A stretch of 64,000 bases of DNA from the NCBI GenBank assembly GCA_951406725.2, contig OX597832.1, positions 63,612,001 to 63,676,000 of the forward strand. The letters are read 5' to 3'. Made by a program: the position numbers and the translations under genes. Positions 24,201 to 34,223 of this stretch are shown one piece after another (position 1 is the stretch's first letter; the number at the start of each line of letters is the position of its first letter). The notes beneath the pieces were generated by a model, which ran no database searches, was not told the origin of the DNA, and worked only from the letters and a program-made list of their open reading frames with translations. The DNA is from Octopus vulgaris. Its lineage: Eukaryota.

Positions 24201-25486
24201 TCGAATATTAGATCGACTTGTAATCTCTCACGTTGTCCATTTGTACATTACTTATTCCCCCACGTTCTATTTTTCAAATATAGATAGGTAGGATAGATAT
24301 CCAGGAATTTCAAAGTGGAACAGTTGGACTAGCAGTCGAGTGTGCCCAAAGTAAAATAAATGCGTCATTAATTTAAAGTGAAATCATACACATAGCTATA
24401 AACTCGATCCTAATTATTTAACTAAAACTTAATTCGCATTTGTATATTCTTAGGAACATAAAATATGAAAGAGAGAAATATAATATAAATATAATATACT
24501 TACTGAGGTCTTCTTAAATGAGTAAAATTCGAATATCGAGGCATAAACTCAACAACAGGAGATGTTGCACTAACAATCCATTTATTTGATCGTCCACAAT
24601 CAAAATAAGGATCAGTGAAGACAACAGGAAGGATCGTCATTTCTTTAGTACCCGGTTGAGGTGGGCCAAAGAAAGAGGATACTTGGAAAGTGTCGGTAAG
24701 AAATTCACCTGTCTTTTCTGACCGTCGAATACCAATATTGTAGGTATATTTCCTCAGTGTATCTAAATTACTGTTGAGATCAGGTAACCATTTAGAGTAC
24801 CAAGGGCTGTGTTTGTAGGCAGAGTTGGTATAATTATGACTTCGACCGGCTCCAAAATCGTGAATGTCAATCGTATTGTTTGTAGGTTCCCGCAACCAAT
24901 TTGTGGGTTCGTTGTAGTCATCCACTCTCCAGGCTTTGGGGCCAAAAAGGGGTAAAGTACCGTTGATTTTCATCGTCGTGTACCAATTAGGATATGAACA
25001 GTTGTTGTCAAAGAACAGTCCACTACCATTTATCATACTAATTCCAGCGGAAACATCAGCGGCCAAAGAGAAGTAGATATATTCAAAACCTGGTTGTCTA
25101 CCTAAGGCCTCGCTCTTGTTAAGTTCCTGATAGATATAACTGTAGTAAAATGCCCTATTAAGGGCCAAGTTGTGAGCGTGCAACAGAGAAGATCTATTTG
25201 TGTAATAAACAGTCGACAAGAATTTATTATAACGAGGTACTTGGGATATAACACCTTTTTTTAGATCTGTATCCAAACGAAGATCTGTGTAGTGTTTCGA
25301 GCGACAATTTTCTCCAGTTACCGATGTAAACTTATCCATTATTTCATCAAAATTGTCTTTTGAAGAAAGTTCGAAAGGTTTTCCATTACTTGAAGAATCA
25401 CTCCAAGAAAATGAAAATATTAAAATACAAACAAATACCACAAATGCCGAGCTGGGGAAGCCGATACAACTCGGCCTTCTCTTCAT
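3578..25486 (-). CDS. Gene model (7 exons, about 884 aa): secreted/GPI-anchored protein with two tandem GPR158/GPR179-type extracellular (Cache-like + EGF-like) units and no 7TM
   Basis: Exons 25486-24504, 20442-20316, 17223-17058, 12473-11474, 8717-8600, 5785-5628 and 3680-3578 all have GT-AG borders. They join in frame (phases 2,0,1,2,0,2; 2655 nt). Motifs FTDPYFDCGRSNKWIVS / WLRPVFKCDGRVDAWVLTY, IDFNPCP / LDVDQCP and GFRRGGYMCACLPGY / GSYKCECKQGY resemble the GPR158/179/CG31760-type ectodomain. Confidence 0.88.
5628..5785 (-). CDS. GPR158/179-ectodomain-like gene, exon 6 (EGF-like module 2)
   Basis: Acceptor tgtttccag, donor GTAAGA. Encodes CVPLQSHLKFQEGSYKCECKQGYEYPFKDLQWYYNG..., paralogous to exon 3. 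Confidence 0.9.
8600..8717 (-). CDS. GPR158/179-ectodomain-like gene, exon 5
   Basis: Acceptor taatttcag, donor GTAAGA. Encodes GVVTVDVDIKHLDVDQCPADFYVANAFKNTARCDYESTY, paralogous to exon 2. Confidence 0.9.
8805..9625. repeat. Degenerate array of TAGATTAG(C/T)AA cores (about 21-bp period) split by a SINE
   Basis: About 15 cores, at 8811-9020 and 9453-9620, with variable sequence between them. Confidence 0.65.
11474..12473 (-). CDS. GPR158/179-ectodomain-like gene, exon 4 (basic linker with RKKR + second Cache-like unit)
   Basis: Part of ORF 11470..12624. The acceptor tttctag at 12474 restores the frame after the phase-1 intron. Donor GTAAGT at 11473. Confidence 0.9.
13863..14020. repeat. 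Dispersed Penelope-pLTR-like repeat (tacagttctatatttaagagatgaggaattatgtac...)
   Basis: Copies at about 12745-12815 (inverted), 18036-18085 and 57712-57850. This copy has a hammerhead 5' half on the minus strand (acacCTGATGAaggc), but the GAAA half is missing. Confidence 0.5.
14020..14350 (+). mobile_element. 3' fragment of R4/Dong-like LINE (RLE end)
   Basis: Encodes LLIDMTVSTD...KEFERLSK*KDLEIEISRTWQLKTKTIPV..GTLG. Confidence 0.65.
14876..16660 (-). mobile_element. Tigger/pogo (JERKY-like DDE_1) transposon relic with nested SINE and internal inverted duplication
   Basis: Encodes KILLFLDNCSAHLP...LPPNVTS..Q.CDQGI and KEFTVKDAVYAV.NAW. Tigger-like terminus tacag...atcctttatct at about 14876. 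Contains stops and frameshifts. Confidence 0.8.
15517..15848 (-). mobile_element. SINE family A copy nested in the Tigger relic
   Basis: Reverse complement of the 23376 element, with an internal deletion. Confidence 0.8.
17058..17223 (-). CDS. GPR158/179-ectodomain-like gene, exon 3 (EGF-like module 1)
   Basis: Acceptor tttcag, donor GTAAGG. Encodes CEPLSGFGFRRGGYMCACLPGYKYPWWHDGPFLG...FDCLKVD. Confidence 0.9.
18560..18923 (+). mobile_element. SINE family B 3' part with (GAT)n tail
   Basis: ggtggcacgtaaaaagcacccactacactc..gagtggttggcgttaggaagggcatccagc...catggaaagcgga..ttaaacgatgatgat. Copies at about 590-830, 3985-4268, 5940-6155, 7370-7693, 9030-9447, 13400-13735, 21390-21665, 35410-35765 and 38110-38390. 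Confidence 0.8.
19522..19569 (-). ncRNA. Minimal type I hammerhead ribozyme (Penelope pLTR type), intact core
   Basis: Minus strand reads GTCT-CTGATGA-TGGGA(TATCATTTATT)TCCCT-GAAAC-AACT-GTA^AGAC. Stem I is GTCT/AGAC, the core is CUGAUGA + GAAA, stem II is GGGA/TCCC, stem III is short, and the cleavage triplet is GUA. Confidence 0.7.
19599..19646 (+). ncRNA. Second (inverted) hammerhead copy with mutated core
   Basis: Reads gtct-ctgatga-tgggataacatttatttccct-GGAAT-agct-gta-agcc. GAAAC is changed to GGAAT. Confidence 0.55.
20316..20442 (-). CDS. GPR158/179-ectodomain-like gene, exon 2
   Basis: Acceptor tttcttttag, donor GTGAGA. Encodes FVAVTTVDLEFERIDFNPCPIADGNPSPNYFANTARCKPTTL. Absent from the ORF track. 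Confidence 0.9.
21757..22632 (-). mobile_element. Penelope-like retroelement 3' relic (GIY-YIG endonuclease + pLTR)
   Basis: About 22632-22310 translates FKIKLNFTCASENLICAMTCLGCGNNYIGQAGISLRRKATLHKEQI...EHIERCA...FLIFPFY...IYKYLPQLN. A degenerate hammerhead lies at about 22078-22112. Confidence 0.75.
22900..23330 (-). mobile_element. RTE-clade LINE 3' fragment
   Basis: Encodes MKSLGMDPEDIETLASDRVEWR...GVKAFEE followed by a Cys motif, typical of RTE ORF C-termini. Confidence 0.6.
23376..23765 (+). mobile_element. Near-complete tRNA-derived SINE (family A, CORE-like domain)
   Basis: A-box ggctgtgtggtaag, B-box ggttcagtccc, CORE-like tcttgggcaagtg, 3' ccagcatggccgcagtc...gaaacaagtaaaag. Many other copies, e.g. 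about 4870-5255, 6505-6670, 10395-10765, 15517-15848, 20775-21060, 55050-55410 and 61710-62040. Confidence 0.85.
24504..25486 (-). CDS. GPR158/179-ectodomain-like gene, coding exon 1 (signal peptide + first Cache-like unit)
   Basis: Part of ORF 24500..25540. ATG at 25486 (MKRRPSCIGFPSSAFVVFVCILIFSFSWS, hydrophobic signal peptide). Donor GTAAGT at 24503. Confidence 0.9.
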
Positions 25487-26454
25487 TTTTTCCGCCTTTT
25501 TCTCCTCTTCTTTTGTAACTAATTTTCTTTTACAATACAATAATAATCCCGTTAAACGTTTTACAGTTAGTAACTACATCAAAAATGTAGAACACCTTCG
25601 CAGAACACACCTTGAAATACCTGAAACCAGTTCAAAATGGCTTCTGGTTATTAAAAAAATATAACAAAGAAAAGAATATAGTGAAAAAAAAAGAGAAAAA
25701 AAAAGCAGCAACAACAATGTCACAAACCGCCTTCAATAGGTGAGTAACGATGACCTACTAATCGAGTGGCAGGTGATAAAATAGGTTTCATTCTAAATCA
25801 ATCAGTTTTAGAAGACAGTCCTCCGAAAAAGTAGATGTTGAAACTTCTTTAAATGTTAACAGTCTTGTCTTGCTTTATCTTCTGTTTTTAAATAATATCT
25901 ATACAAACTTTCTGTTCAGGACGAGGACGACGTTTATGAAATACAACAGTTTGTCATTAGTATATATTCACCTGTGACCGATGTCCAACAGGTGAGAAGA
26001 AGACGGGAAGTAAAGGACAAGTCCCCCTCCTCTTCCTGTCAACATACATTACTCCATTTACAAGGTACCCGAGAAAAGAAATTTAAAAAAGTCCTATGTG
26101 GGGGGTAAACATTGTGGTGTGCGACCTGTTGCGTGTAAATAAATGTTTAATTTAAAAATTTGCCAGCAAAATCTTATACAATGGCAATGTTCTGAAAGCT
26201 GTACAAGTCTATATGTTATATATGGAAATAAAAGTATTTTATACACTAGTTTAAAAAAATGTATTTAGCAGATGCAACAAAGAGACCCAAGGGCCGTGAG
26301 TTTCGTGCGTTGGCACTCGACTATTGAAGTACCTGTTATTTCTGCTAAGTATTAATTAATTCTTTTCTTATTTCTGCTAAATATTAATAATAATATACAT
26401 ATCCTCATATTTTGAGTTCTATTTTTCCTGCCCGCATCACCACACACACATGTA

Positions 26455-26455
26455 G

Positions 26456-26525
<70 letters not shown>

Positions 26526-26716
26526 TATATATAGATAGATTTTATATATACATATAGATTTTATATATATATACATATAGATTATATATATATATATATA
26601 GATAGATAGATTTTATATATACATATAGATTATATATATATATAGATAGATAGATTTTATATATACATATAGATTATATATATATATAGATAGATAGATT
26701 TTATATATACATATAG

Positions 26717-26770
<54 letters not shown>

Positions 26771-27060
26771 CATACATATAGATTATATAGATCCTATATT
26801 AGATATATATAGATTTTATATATACATATAGATTATATATATATATATATATATATATACATACATATAGATTTTATATATACATATAGATTATATATAT
26901 ATACATATAGATTATATAGATCTTATATTAGATATATATTGATTTTATATATACATATAGATTATATATATATATATATATATTTAGTGAAGAGTAAACA
27001 TGACGATTATATATATATATTAAATAGATTTTATACATATATATATATATACACACAAAT
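26455..27060. repeat. Compound (TA)n/(GA)n/(catatagatt(tt)atata) low-complexity array
   Basis: About 600 bp made almost entirely of TA runs punctuated by the recurring catatagatt motif. Confidence 0.95.
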
Positions 27061-28117
27061 ACATATATTATGTTAATATAGATAATTTACACACACACAC
27101 ATTAGATGTACGTACTTATAAACATATACATAAACAAATGTGCCCCCCCTCCCCGCCTCCCGCATGTTTGAATGTATGACTAGTCACAGAATGAGGTAAA
27201 TAGAAAAAATAAAAGAAAACAATAAAAACACTGCTAAAGTGATCAAGAATTAACTTTGGTAAAGTTTAAAATCTTTTTTTTTATTTCCCTTCGACTTTTT
27301 CTTTGTATTTCTTAATTTTGTATATGTTTATTGTACTTATCTTTGTTTCCCTAAATCATTGCTTATTCTCAGAAAGAGACTAAAATTTAGGCGGAATGAG
27401 GTTGAGAGAGTTAATTTGAACAGAAAAGTGTGATAAACACTGATACACACACAAATGATCTTACACTTTGATCCCCTTATATGTTGGATCAACAGACAAA
27501 AAAAAAATGTACTCCTACAAGTATTTGTAACTCTTATTTTCTTACTGTATACATTGAATAATAAATTTACATACATCTGCACACATAGGTGTGTGCGTGC
27601 TGCCAATACTAACAAGGAAATATTTTATATGAAAGTATAACTTTCATTTCTTCTCGTGGAAAAACTTTAGGTTTTGAGGTACGGTGAGACGTTTTTTAAG
27701 AAATAATATTTATTTCCATGTTTTTCTTTCAAAAGCCCCCTTTGTTTTTAAATTGAAAATTTGGAGTAATTGAACTACATATATAAAATGTATGGATATG
27801 ATACATATATAATACACAAATTGGTTCCTACAGGACAAATTTCAAAATAGACTTTAATTATTTTAGTTAACAATAACCTCAAACAAGGCCGGATACCTTG
27901 CTATTTCTCGAATCAGTGATGTAGAGTGGCTCAGATCTATGCAAGTACTACGGAGGGGCAGGGCAATATATTTATTTGTTATTTCAGTTTTTTTTTTTGC
28001 AATTTTGCGCCCAGGGCAACTGCCTATGCTGTGTGTGTAAGTGTGTCCTCCACTCACCACATGACAAGTGGAGTTGGTGTGTTTATATACTTGTAACTTT
28101 GCGGTTCCACTAGAATA

Positions 28118-28586
28118 GTACCAAACCCTTCAGAGTGGTGCCCTATCATGGCCGTACCAAACCCTTCAGAGCGGTGCCCAAGCATGGCCGTACCAAACCC
28201 TTCAGAGCGGTGCCCAAGCATGGCCGTACCAAACCCTTCAGAGCGGTGCCCTATCATGGCCGTACCAAACCCTTCAGAGCGGTGCCCTATCATGGCCGTA
28301 CCAAACCCTTCAGAGCGGTGCCCAAGCATGGCCGTACCAAACCCTTCAGAGCGGTGCCCAAGCATGGCCGTACCAAACCCTTCAGAGCGGTGCCCAAGCA
28401 TGGCCGTACCAAACCCTTCAGAGTGGTGCCCAAGCATGGCCGTACCAAACCCTTCAGAGCGGTGCCCTATCATGGCCGTACCAAACCCTTCAGAGCGGTG
28501 CCCAAGCATGGCCGTACCAAACCCTTCAGAGCGGTGCCTTAGCATGGCCGTACCAAACCCTTCAGAGCGGTGCCCTAGCATGGCCG
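28118..28586 (+). repeat. 36-bp minisatellite, 13 copies, derived from the SINE-A 3' end
   Basis: Unit ccaaacccttcagagcggtgcccaagcatggccgta, head to tail with no spacers. The last unit runs into the SINE tail gcagtcgaatgaatgaaacaa. Confidence 0.95.
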
Positions 28587-29454
28587 CAGTCGAATGAATG
28601 AAACAAACGAAATTTTAGATTATACAACACACACACACATACATATAGGCTTGGTCAGCTCAAATTTGTTTATTAATAGCCAAAATATATAGGTAAAATA
28701 AGTACATTTAGTTTTTACCTGTATGTTATAGATATTAATGAATTTGGGCGAGGCCATGTACCATTGCTGTATATATATATATGTATGTAATGGTTGGTTA
28801 ATTTGCTTTGTAAAATCACTAAGATAAACAGGTTTCCTGTCATTCGAAACTTACTTAAATATAAATAAAAAGGAAATACAAAACGAGACGACGTTCAGAT
28901 GAAGTGTTAAGAATGGGGGAAAGAGTGCGCGCAGTGGTTGGTGGAAGGACGGTGGTTATGAAGTATATTTTATTGCAACAATAGACATATTTGAATTGAA
29001 TAGATAAGTATTTTCAACTAAAATCTCTTTTTGTGTTTCACTATTAGTGTGTGAAATATCAGTTTTTTCAAGAAACGTATGAATTACAAAAGCAAAGCAG
29101 TAAGGTATGTTTGTAATTTTTTAAATTCTTCCTCTGAGAGAGGAGATAGTTTCTAACAAAGTTACAAAGCTCCATTGTTGGAATGAAGATAAGTAAAACA
29201 CTGTCACATTTTAAACTTGAGAAATGTCTTGCATATTTTTATTGTTTGATTTACAGAGAGTATCTATAATGCATGAGTTAGTATGTATGCATGTGTACTT
29301 CTCTCCAATTTGTTTCCTCTTAACATTCAGAAAAATACATATCTTTTGATAATTTTTTTTTAGATGCCTTCTAAATTGTTAAAATTACGATTATATCGGA
29401 ATATAATGTAAAAATAAAGAAAAATCATGGTACACACACACACACACATAAACA

Positions 29455-30070
29455 GTGATGTTGACAGACTCTACCTAAGAAGAAAGGAAGGTGGTAGAGG
29501 CCTGAGATCAGTGCAAACGGCCTTTGAATGCCGTCTGGTATCACTTAGGTAGCATCTGCTAAACAACAGCAGCAAAAATAAATGTATGAATTGTGTGAAA
29601 AGTGAAGTGAGTAACATTGTACGAGTTGGCAGTGAACTCCTCAAGAAACACTCTCTTCCTAATGATCTCCTATACAGCCCCAAAACAGCTGAACTCTTTT
29701 ACCTCAGAGAAGACCTGGATGGAAAGTAGTCAGCATACAAAAAACAAAAAAAAAAAGAGACTATGCATGGGTATGTTACCTGGAAGCTTGAAGAAGACAG
29801 TAGAATTGGCATGAAACGCAGCCTCTCTTGGACACAAGACCACTTCATTACATTAAACTTTGAAGGTTATGCTTTTGCAATCCAGGAACAGGAGATTGCC
29901 ACAAAGTACCTGGTGAACAAGAGAGACAGTAACGCTCTTGTAATCCCGAGGTGCAACTGCATATGTAGGCTATGTCCCGTTTGTGTAGAAGATATCACGC
30001 ATGTGATTAGCAGCTGTCCTAAAATGTCATAATACTACCTCCCTATGTGGCACGATGTCGTCGCTAAAAC
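29455..30070 (+). mobile_element. Fragment of a second R4/Dong-like LINE
   Basis: Encodes DVDRLYLRRKEGGRGL, AIQEQEIATK and CRLCPVCVEDITHVISSCP. Confidence 0.75.
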
Positions 30071-32370
30071 TGAAACAAACAGTAGTTTGTCCAAAACAGG
30101 CAGAACTATTCATTTCAGTTAGGGAAGTGAAGGAAATCAACAAAAAAATGAGCAACTGGAAGGCCCCGGGACCAGATGGAGTTCAAGGCTACTGGATCAA
30201 ATGATTTGGTGAATGCTGTGCATGAATAGCTGCACAACCCAACACATTGTTAAATGCCAACCAAGCAACACCAGAGTGGTTGACAATGGGTAGGACAGTG
30301 CTGTGCTTGAATAAACATCGGAAAAGGCAATACGGTAGACAATTACAAGCAGATATCCTGCTTGCTACTTATGTGGAAATTAATTAACTGGAATAGTCGC
30401 AGAGTCAATGTACAGACATCTGGGGAAAAAAAAATAGAGTCCTGCCACATGAGCAGAAGGGTTGTAAGCATAAGTGCAGAGGTACCAAGGATTAACTCCT
30501 GATAGACAAGAGTGTACTTAGAGACTGCAAGAAGAGGAAAACTAACTTAGCCATGTCATGGATTGATTATCGTAAGGCATACAATATGATCCCACATTCT
30601 TGAATTATGGAATGTATGAACCTCTTTGGTATTGCATCGAATGTTGAGCGATTGCTTGGAAAAAGTATGGCCAAGTGGAAGATGGAACTGACAGCATATG
30701 GAAGAAATTTAGGGATAATAGATATCAGGAGAGGCATCTTCCAAGGGGACTGCCTGTTCCCACTGATCTTTGTACTGTGCATGATACCACTAACACTGAT
30801 TCTAAGGAAAGTAGATGCTGGGTGTGTATCCAAAAGCTGCCAACCATTTGTTATTCATGGATGACCTCAAACTTTATGGTAAAAATGAATCCCAAGTCAC
30901 TTCCCTTGTTGATACGATGTATAGTTTCAGTGCTGATATCAGAATGGAGTTCGGACTGAAAAAGTGTGCTGTGTTAGTCTTGAAGAGAAGCAAAATCAAA
31001 TGTATGGACGGGCTATCGATACCGTCAGGGGAGGTTATGATGAAGAGAGAAGAGACAGGCTATAAGTACCTAGGGATTTTGGAAATGGAGAAAGAAATGA
31101 CAGAATAATTTAAGGTGGAGTACGTGCGCAGACTGAGACTGGTCCTTAAGTCGAAATTAAACGGACAGAATAAGATTGAAGCTATCAACATCTGGGCCAT
31201 TTCACTACTTAGATATTGAGCAGGAGTAATCACACGGACAGTAGTTGAACTAAACAGCTTAGACAGAAAGACAAGGAAGTTGGTGACTAGACATGGGATA
31301 CTCCACCCAAAAAGTGATACAGACAGACTGTATGTACTAAGAAAAAGAGGAGGAAGAGGACTGATTGGATACAAACACAGCATTAGAGCAGAAGAAAACA
31401 ACATAGCATGGTATGTAAAAAAGAACTGCTATTATTGGAAGTAAGAAGGTCAGGCTTGTATAGGATGGAAGATTACAAAGATAAAGCACTTGAGAATTAA
31501 TGAAACTGAAAATAGATGGATTAAGAAAAGAATGCATGAACAATTTCATAGGGATGTTGAAGATAAGACAGACAGAGAAAAAAGATGGCTATGGATGACT
31601 AAAAGTGATTTAAAACCAGAAACTGAGGCTCTAATCTGTGCTGCCCAAGAGCAAGCATTAAGAACCAATTACAGCAAATACAGAATAGATAACACATCAG
31701 AAAGTGATAAGTGCAGAATTTGTGGACAAATTGGTGAAACCATATGGCATATTACAGTTAATGTAGGCCACTAGCCCAGAAATAATATAAGAGAGATCAT
31801 GGCAATATAGCAAGGATTGTCCATTGGATACTTTGCAACAAGTATGGACTTGACAGAGCAAAAATTGGTATGAACATAAATCCGAAGGCATCATCGAAAA
31901 TAATAATGCAAAGATCCTGTGAGATTTTATGATTCTGTGCAACCATGAGATAGAGAAAAGGAAACCAAACATAGTCTTAATTGAGAAAGAAAGCAAATGA
32001 TGCTGGATCATAGATATAGCATGCCCAGCTGACAATAAGGTATGCGATAAGGAAGAAAGAAAAGCCGATAGATATAACAGGTTAGCTTGGGAGGTTAAGC
32101 AATTGTGGTTCATGAAAAAGGTGGTAGTAGTACCAATAATTGTAGGAGCCCTGGGAACAGTAAGTAAAAATCTTGAGAAGTACATGGAATAAATAAGGGT
32201 GGAGCACTTGCAGAAAAAAGCAGTGATTAGAACCACTTGAATACTCCATATGATGCTCGAAAATAAGGGGTGTTGCCTTAGTTCACTGGTAGTGAACAGC
32301 TGACACTGTAGTACATCTGCAGCATTAGAAGCAGTGCAAAGACAATAAAATAATAATAACAAGAATAACA
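30070..32370 (+). mobile_element. Degenerate R4/Dong-like (RLE) non-LTR retrotransposon, 5'-truncated
   Basis: Fragmented RT (WKAPGPDG, WIDYRKAY, RGIFQGD, HLLFMDDLKLY, YKYLG). CCHC-like knuckle (CRICGQIGETIWHI) and RLE (KPNIVLIEK..IIDIACPAD). Many stops and frameshifts. Ends in a (TAA/CAA)n-like tail. Confidence 0.85.
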
Positions 32371-32844
32371 ACAACAATGTTCATGCTGTTCTTGGTGGTG
32401 AGAGCAGCAATGATGACACAACAGTGATGTTGCAACAAAGAATATATTATGGCGAACCTGTGACCGCATTTCAAAATATTTGTTATTTCTGGTTAAGGAA
32501 TAAGCTTTTTATTAATGTCTTCTATGCAGCTATAAATACACATACATCTATATATATTTATGTGTGTATATATATATATATAGAGAGAGAGAGGGAACTA
32601 AGGCATGACAATGAATATCATTGTATGACAGTAGCATTGAAATTAGAGAGAAATAGTTATTCATTTTTTATAAACAGGTCAAGAACATCCTATTCAATTT
32701 CATGACAGTGACATTGATATTGAAGAGATACAAACGTACACACAGCTAGTTCTTTTATAATAGTTTCAATAGGAGTGAAATCATGCGTTAATACTTATGC
32801 ACAAATGAATGCATATATACATACATATATATATATATACATAA

Positions 32845-32885
<41 letters not shown>

Positions 32886-32999
32886 TACATATACACACAC
32901 ATAGACATGACAGAAGTAAATAGACACCACATAAAATATCGTTTTATGTTTATTCTAACTTGTAAAGGTTTATATTTCTTATTAATCAACATTTTTCTG

Positions 33000-33725
33000 T
33001 CTCAGGTTCTATATGTGACTGTTTAATCATGCCAAATACAAAATAAACCTTCATACTGTCTGAATTTTAAAGAGGCAATTCACCTGAGAGAGAAGGAACC
33101 CACATCACTTCACCCAGGTTGACCAGGGCACTCTGACAGGACCCTTCTCTTTGCTAAGAGAAGTTTGGAGGATAATCCTCATTGCAAGGCCTCTGACATA
33201 ATAGAACAAATTGATGTCAGTCCCTGAACAGCTGTCAAGTATCTCCACAAACTTGGTTACTATGGCAGAGCAGCAAGAAGGAAGCCACTTCTTCGATCAG
33301 CCAACATCAAGCAGAGTAAAGCTTGAGCCAGTGAGATGGTGGAAAGACCACTTGCATCTTAGGACACTGTCATATTCTCTGATGTGTCCAGATTTGCTGT
33401 ATTTCCTATCAGTAGCCGAGTGTGAATCTGGAGACTCTGTGATCAAGAATTTGATGTGAAAAGATTGCAGCTAACAATGAAATACTGCAGCTATTCTGTG
33501 ATGGTCTGGGGAGCAATGGTTGATCAGAGCTAGTGGGGTGTGAAGGAAACATAAACTCAGATAAATATGTGTCCATATTGCAGAAAGGATTTCCTCTAAT
33601 CTTTTCCAGTGGTGAAATGGATTAAAGAAGACTCTTTATTTATGGAAGATGGGGCTCCTTGTCACATGACTAAAATGACCCCAGATTTGTTGGATGAGAA
33701 TGGCATTAAAAAACTTCCATGGCCA
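33000..33725 (+). mobile_element. Tc1-like transposase relic
   Basis: Encodes KYLHKLGYYGRAARRKPLL, VMVWGAM and FMEDGAPCH...NGIKKLPWP. Frameshifted. Confidence 0.75.
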
Positions 33726-33990
33726 AAAAGCACTTCTCTAGAACTGTTCTGACCTTGTCTACAGAATTCATATTTTTTCCACCCAAATGATCTTGAAGTC
33801 TGCACAATAAATCATAATCAGATGGAGCAATGTCCAACAAATATGGTAGGTGGGGCATCATTTCCTATTCAAATTGCTCCAGTCTTTAGAATATCATTTC
33901 CACTGTATGTGGCCGAGCATTATCCTAATGGAAGAACACCTTTCGTCTTGAGACCAATTTGCTGACTTTTCTGATGGCATGCAGGTGTTG
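33726..33990 (-). mobile_element. mariner transposase fragment
   Basis: Encodes DNARPH...PHLPYLLDIAPSDYDLL..LQDHLGGK (YSPDLAP-like motif). Confidence 0.65.
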
Positions 33991-34191
33991 ATGAATGGTT
34001 GAATGAAATTTTGGGGGAGAGGACTAGCTGATTACATTGATGCCAGTGTGTAACTGGTACTTGATTTATCGACCCTGAAAAGATGAAAAGCAAAGTCGAC
34101 CTTCATGGAATTTGAACTTAAAATGTAAAGAAGGACAAAATACTGCTAAGTATTTTGCCCAGTGTGCTAATGGTTCTGCCAGCTCACTGCC

Positions 34192-34223
<32 letters not shown>

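Noticed and set aside
28054-28597. CRISPR array or repetitive protein (ORFs 28054..28581, 28135..28542, 28148..28597)
   Set aside because: The 36-bp units are contiguous with no unique spacers, there are no cas genes, and the context is eukaryotic. The ORFs are a by-product of a stop-poor unit whose length is a multiple of 3.
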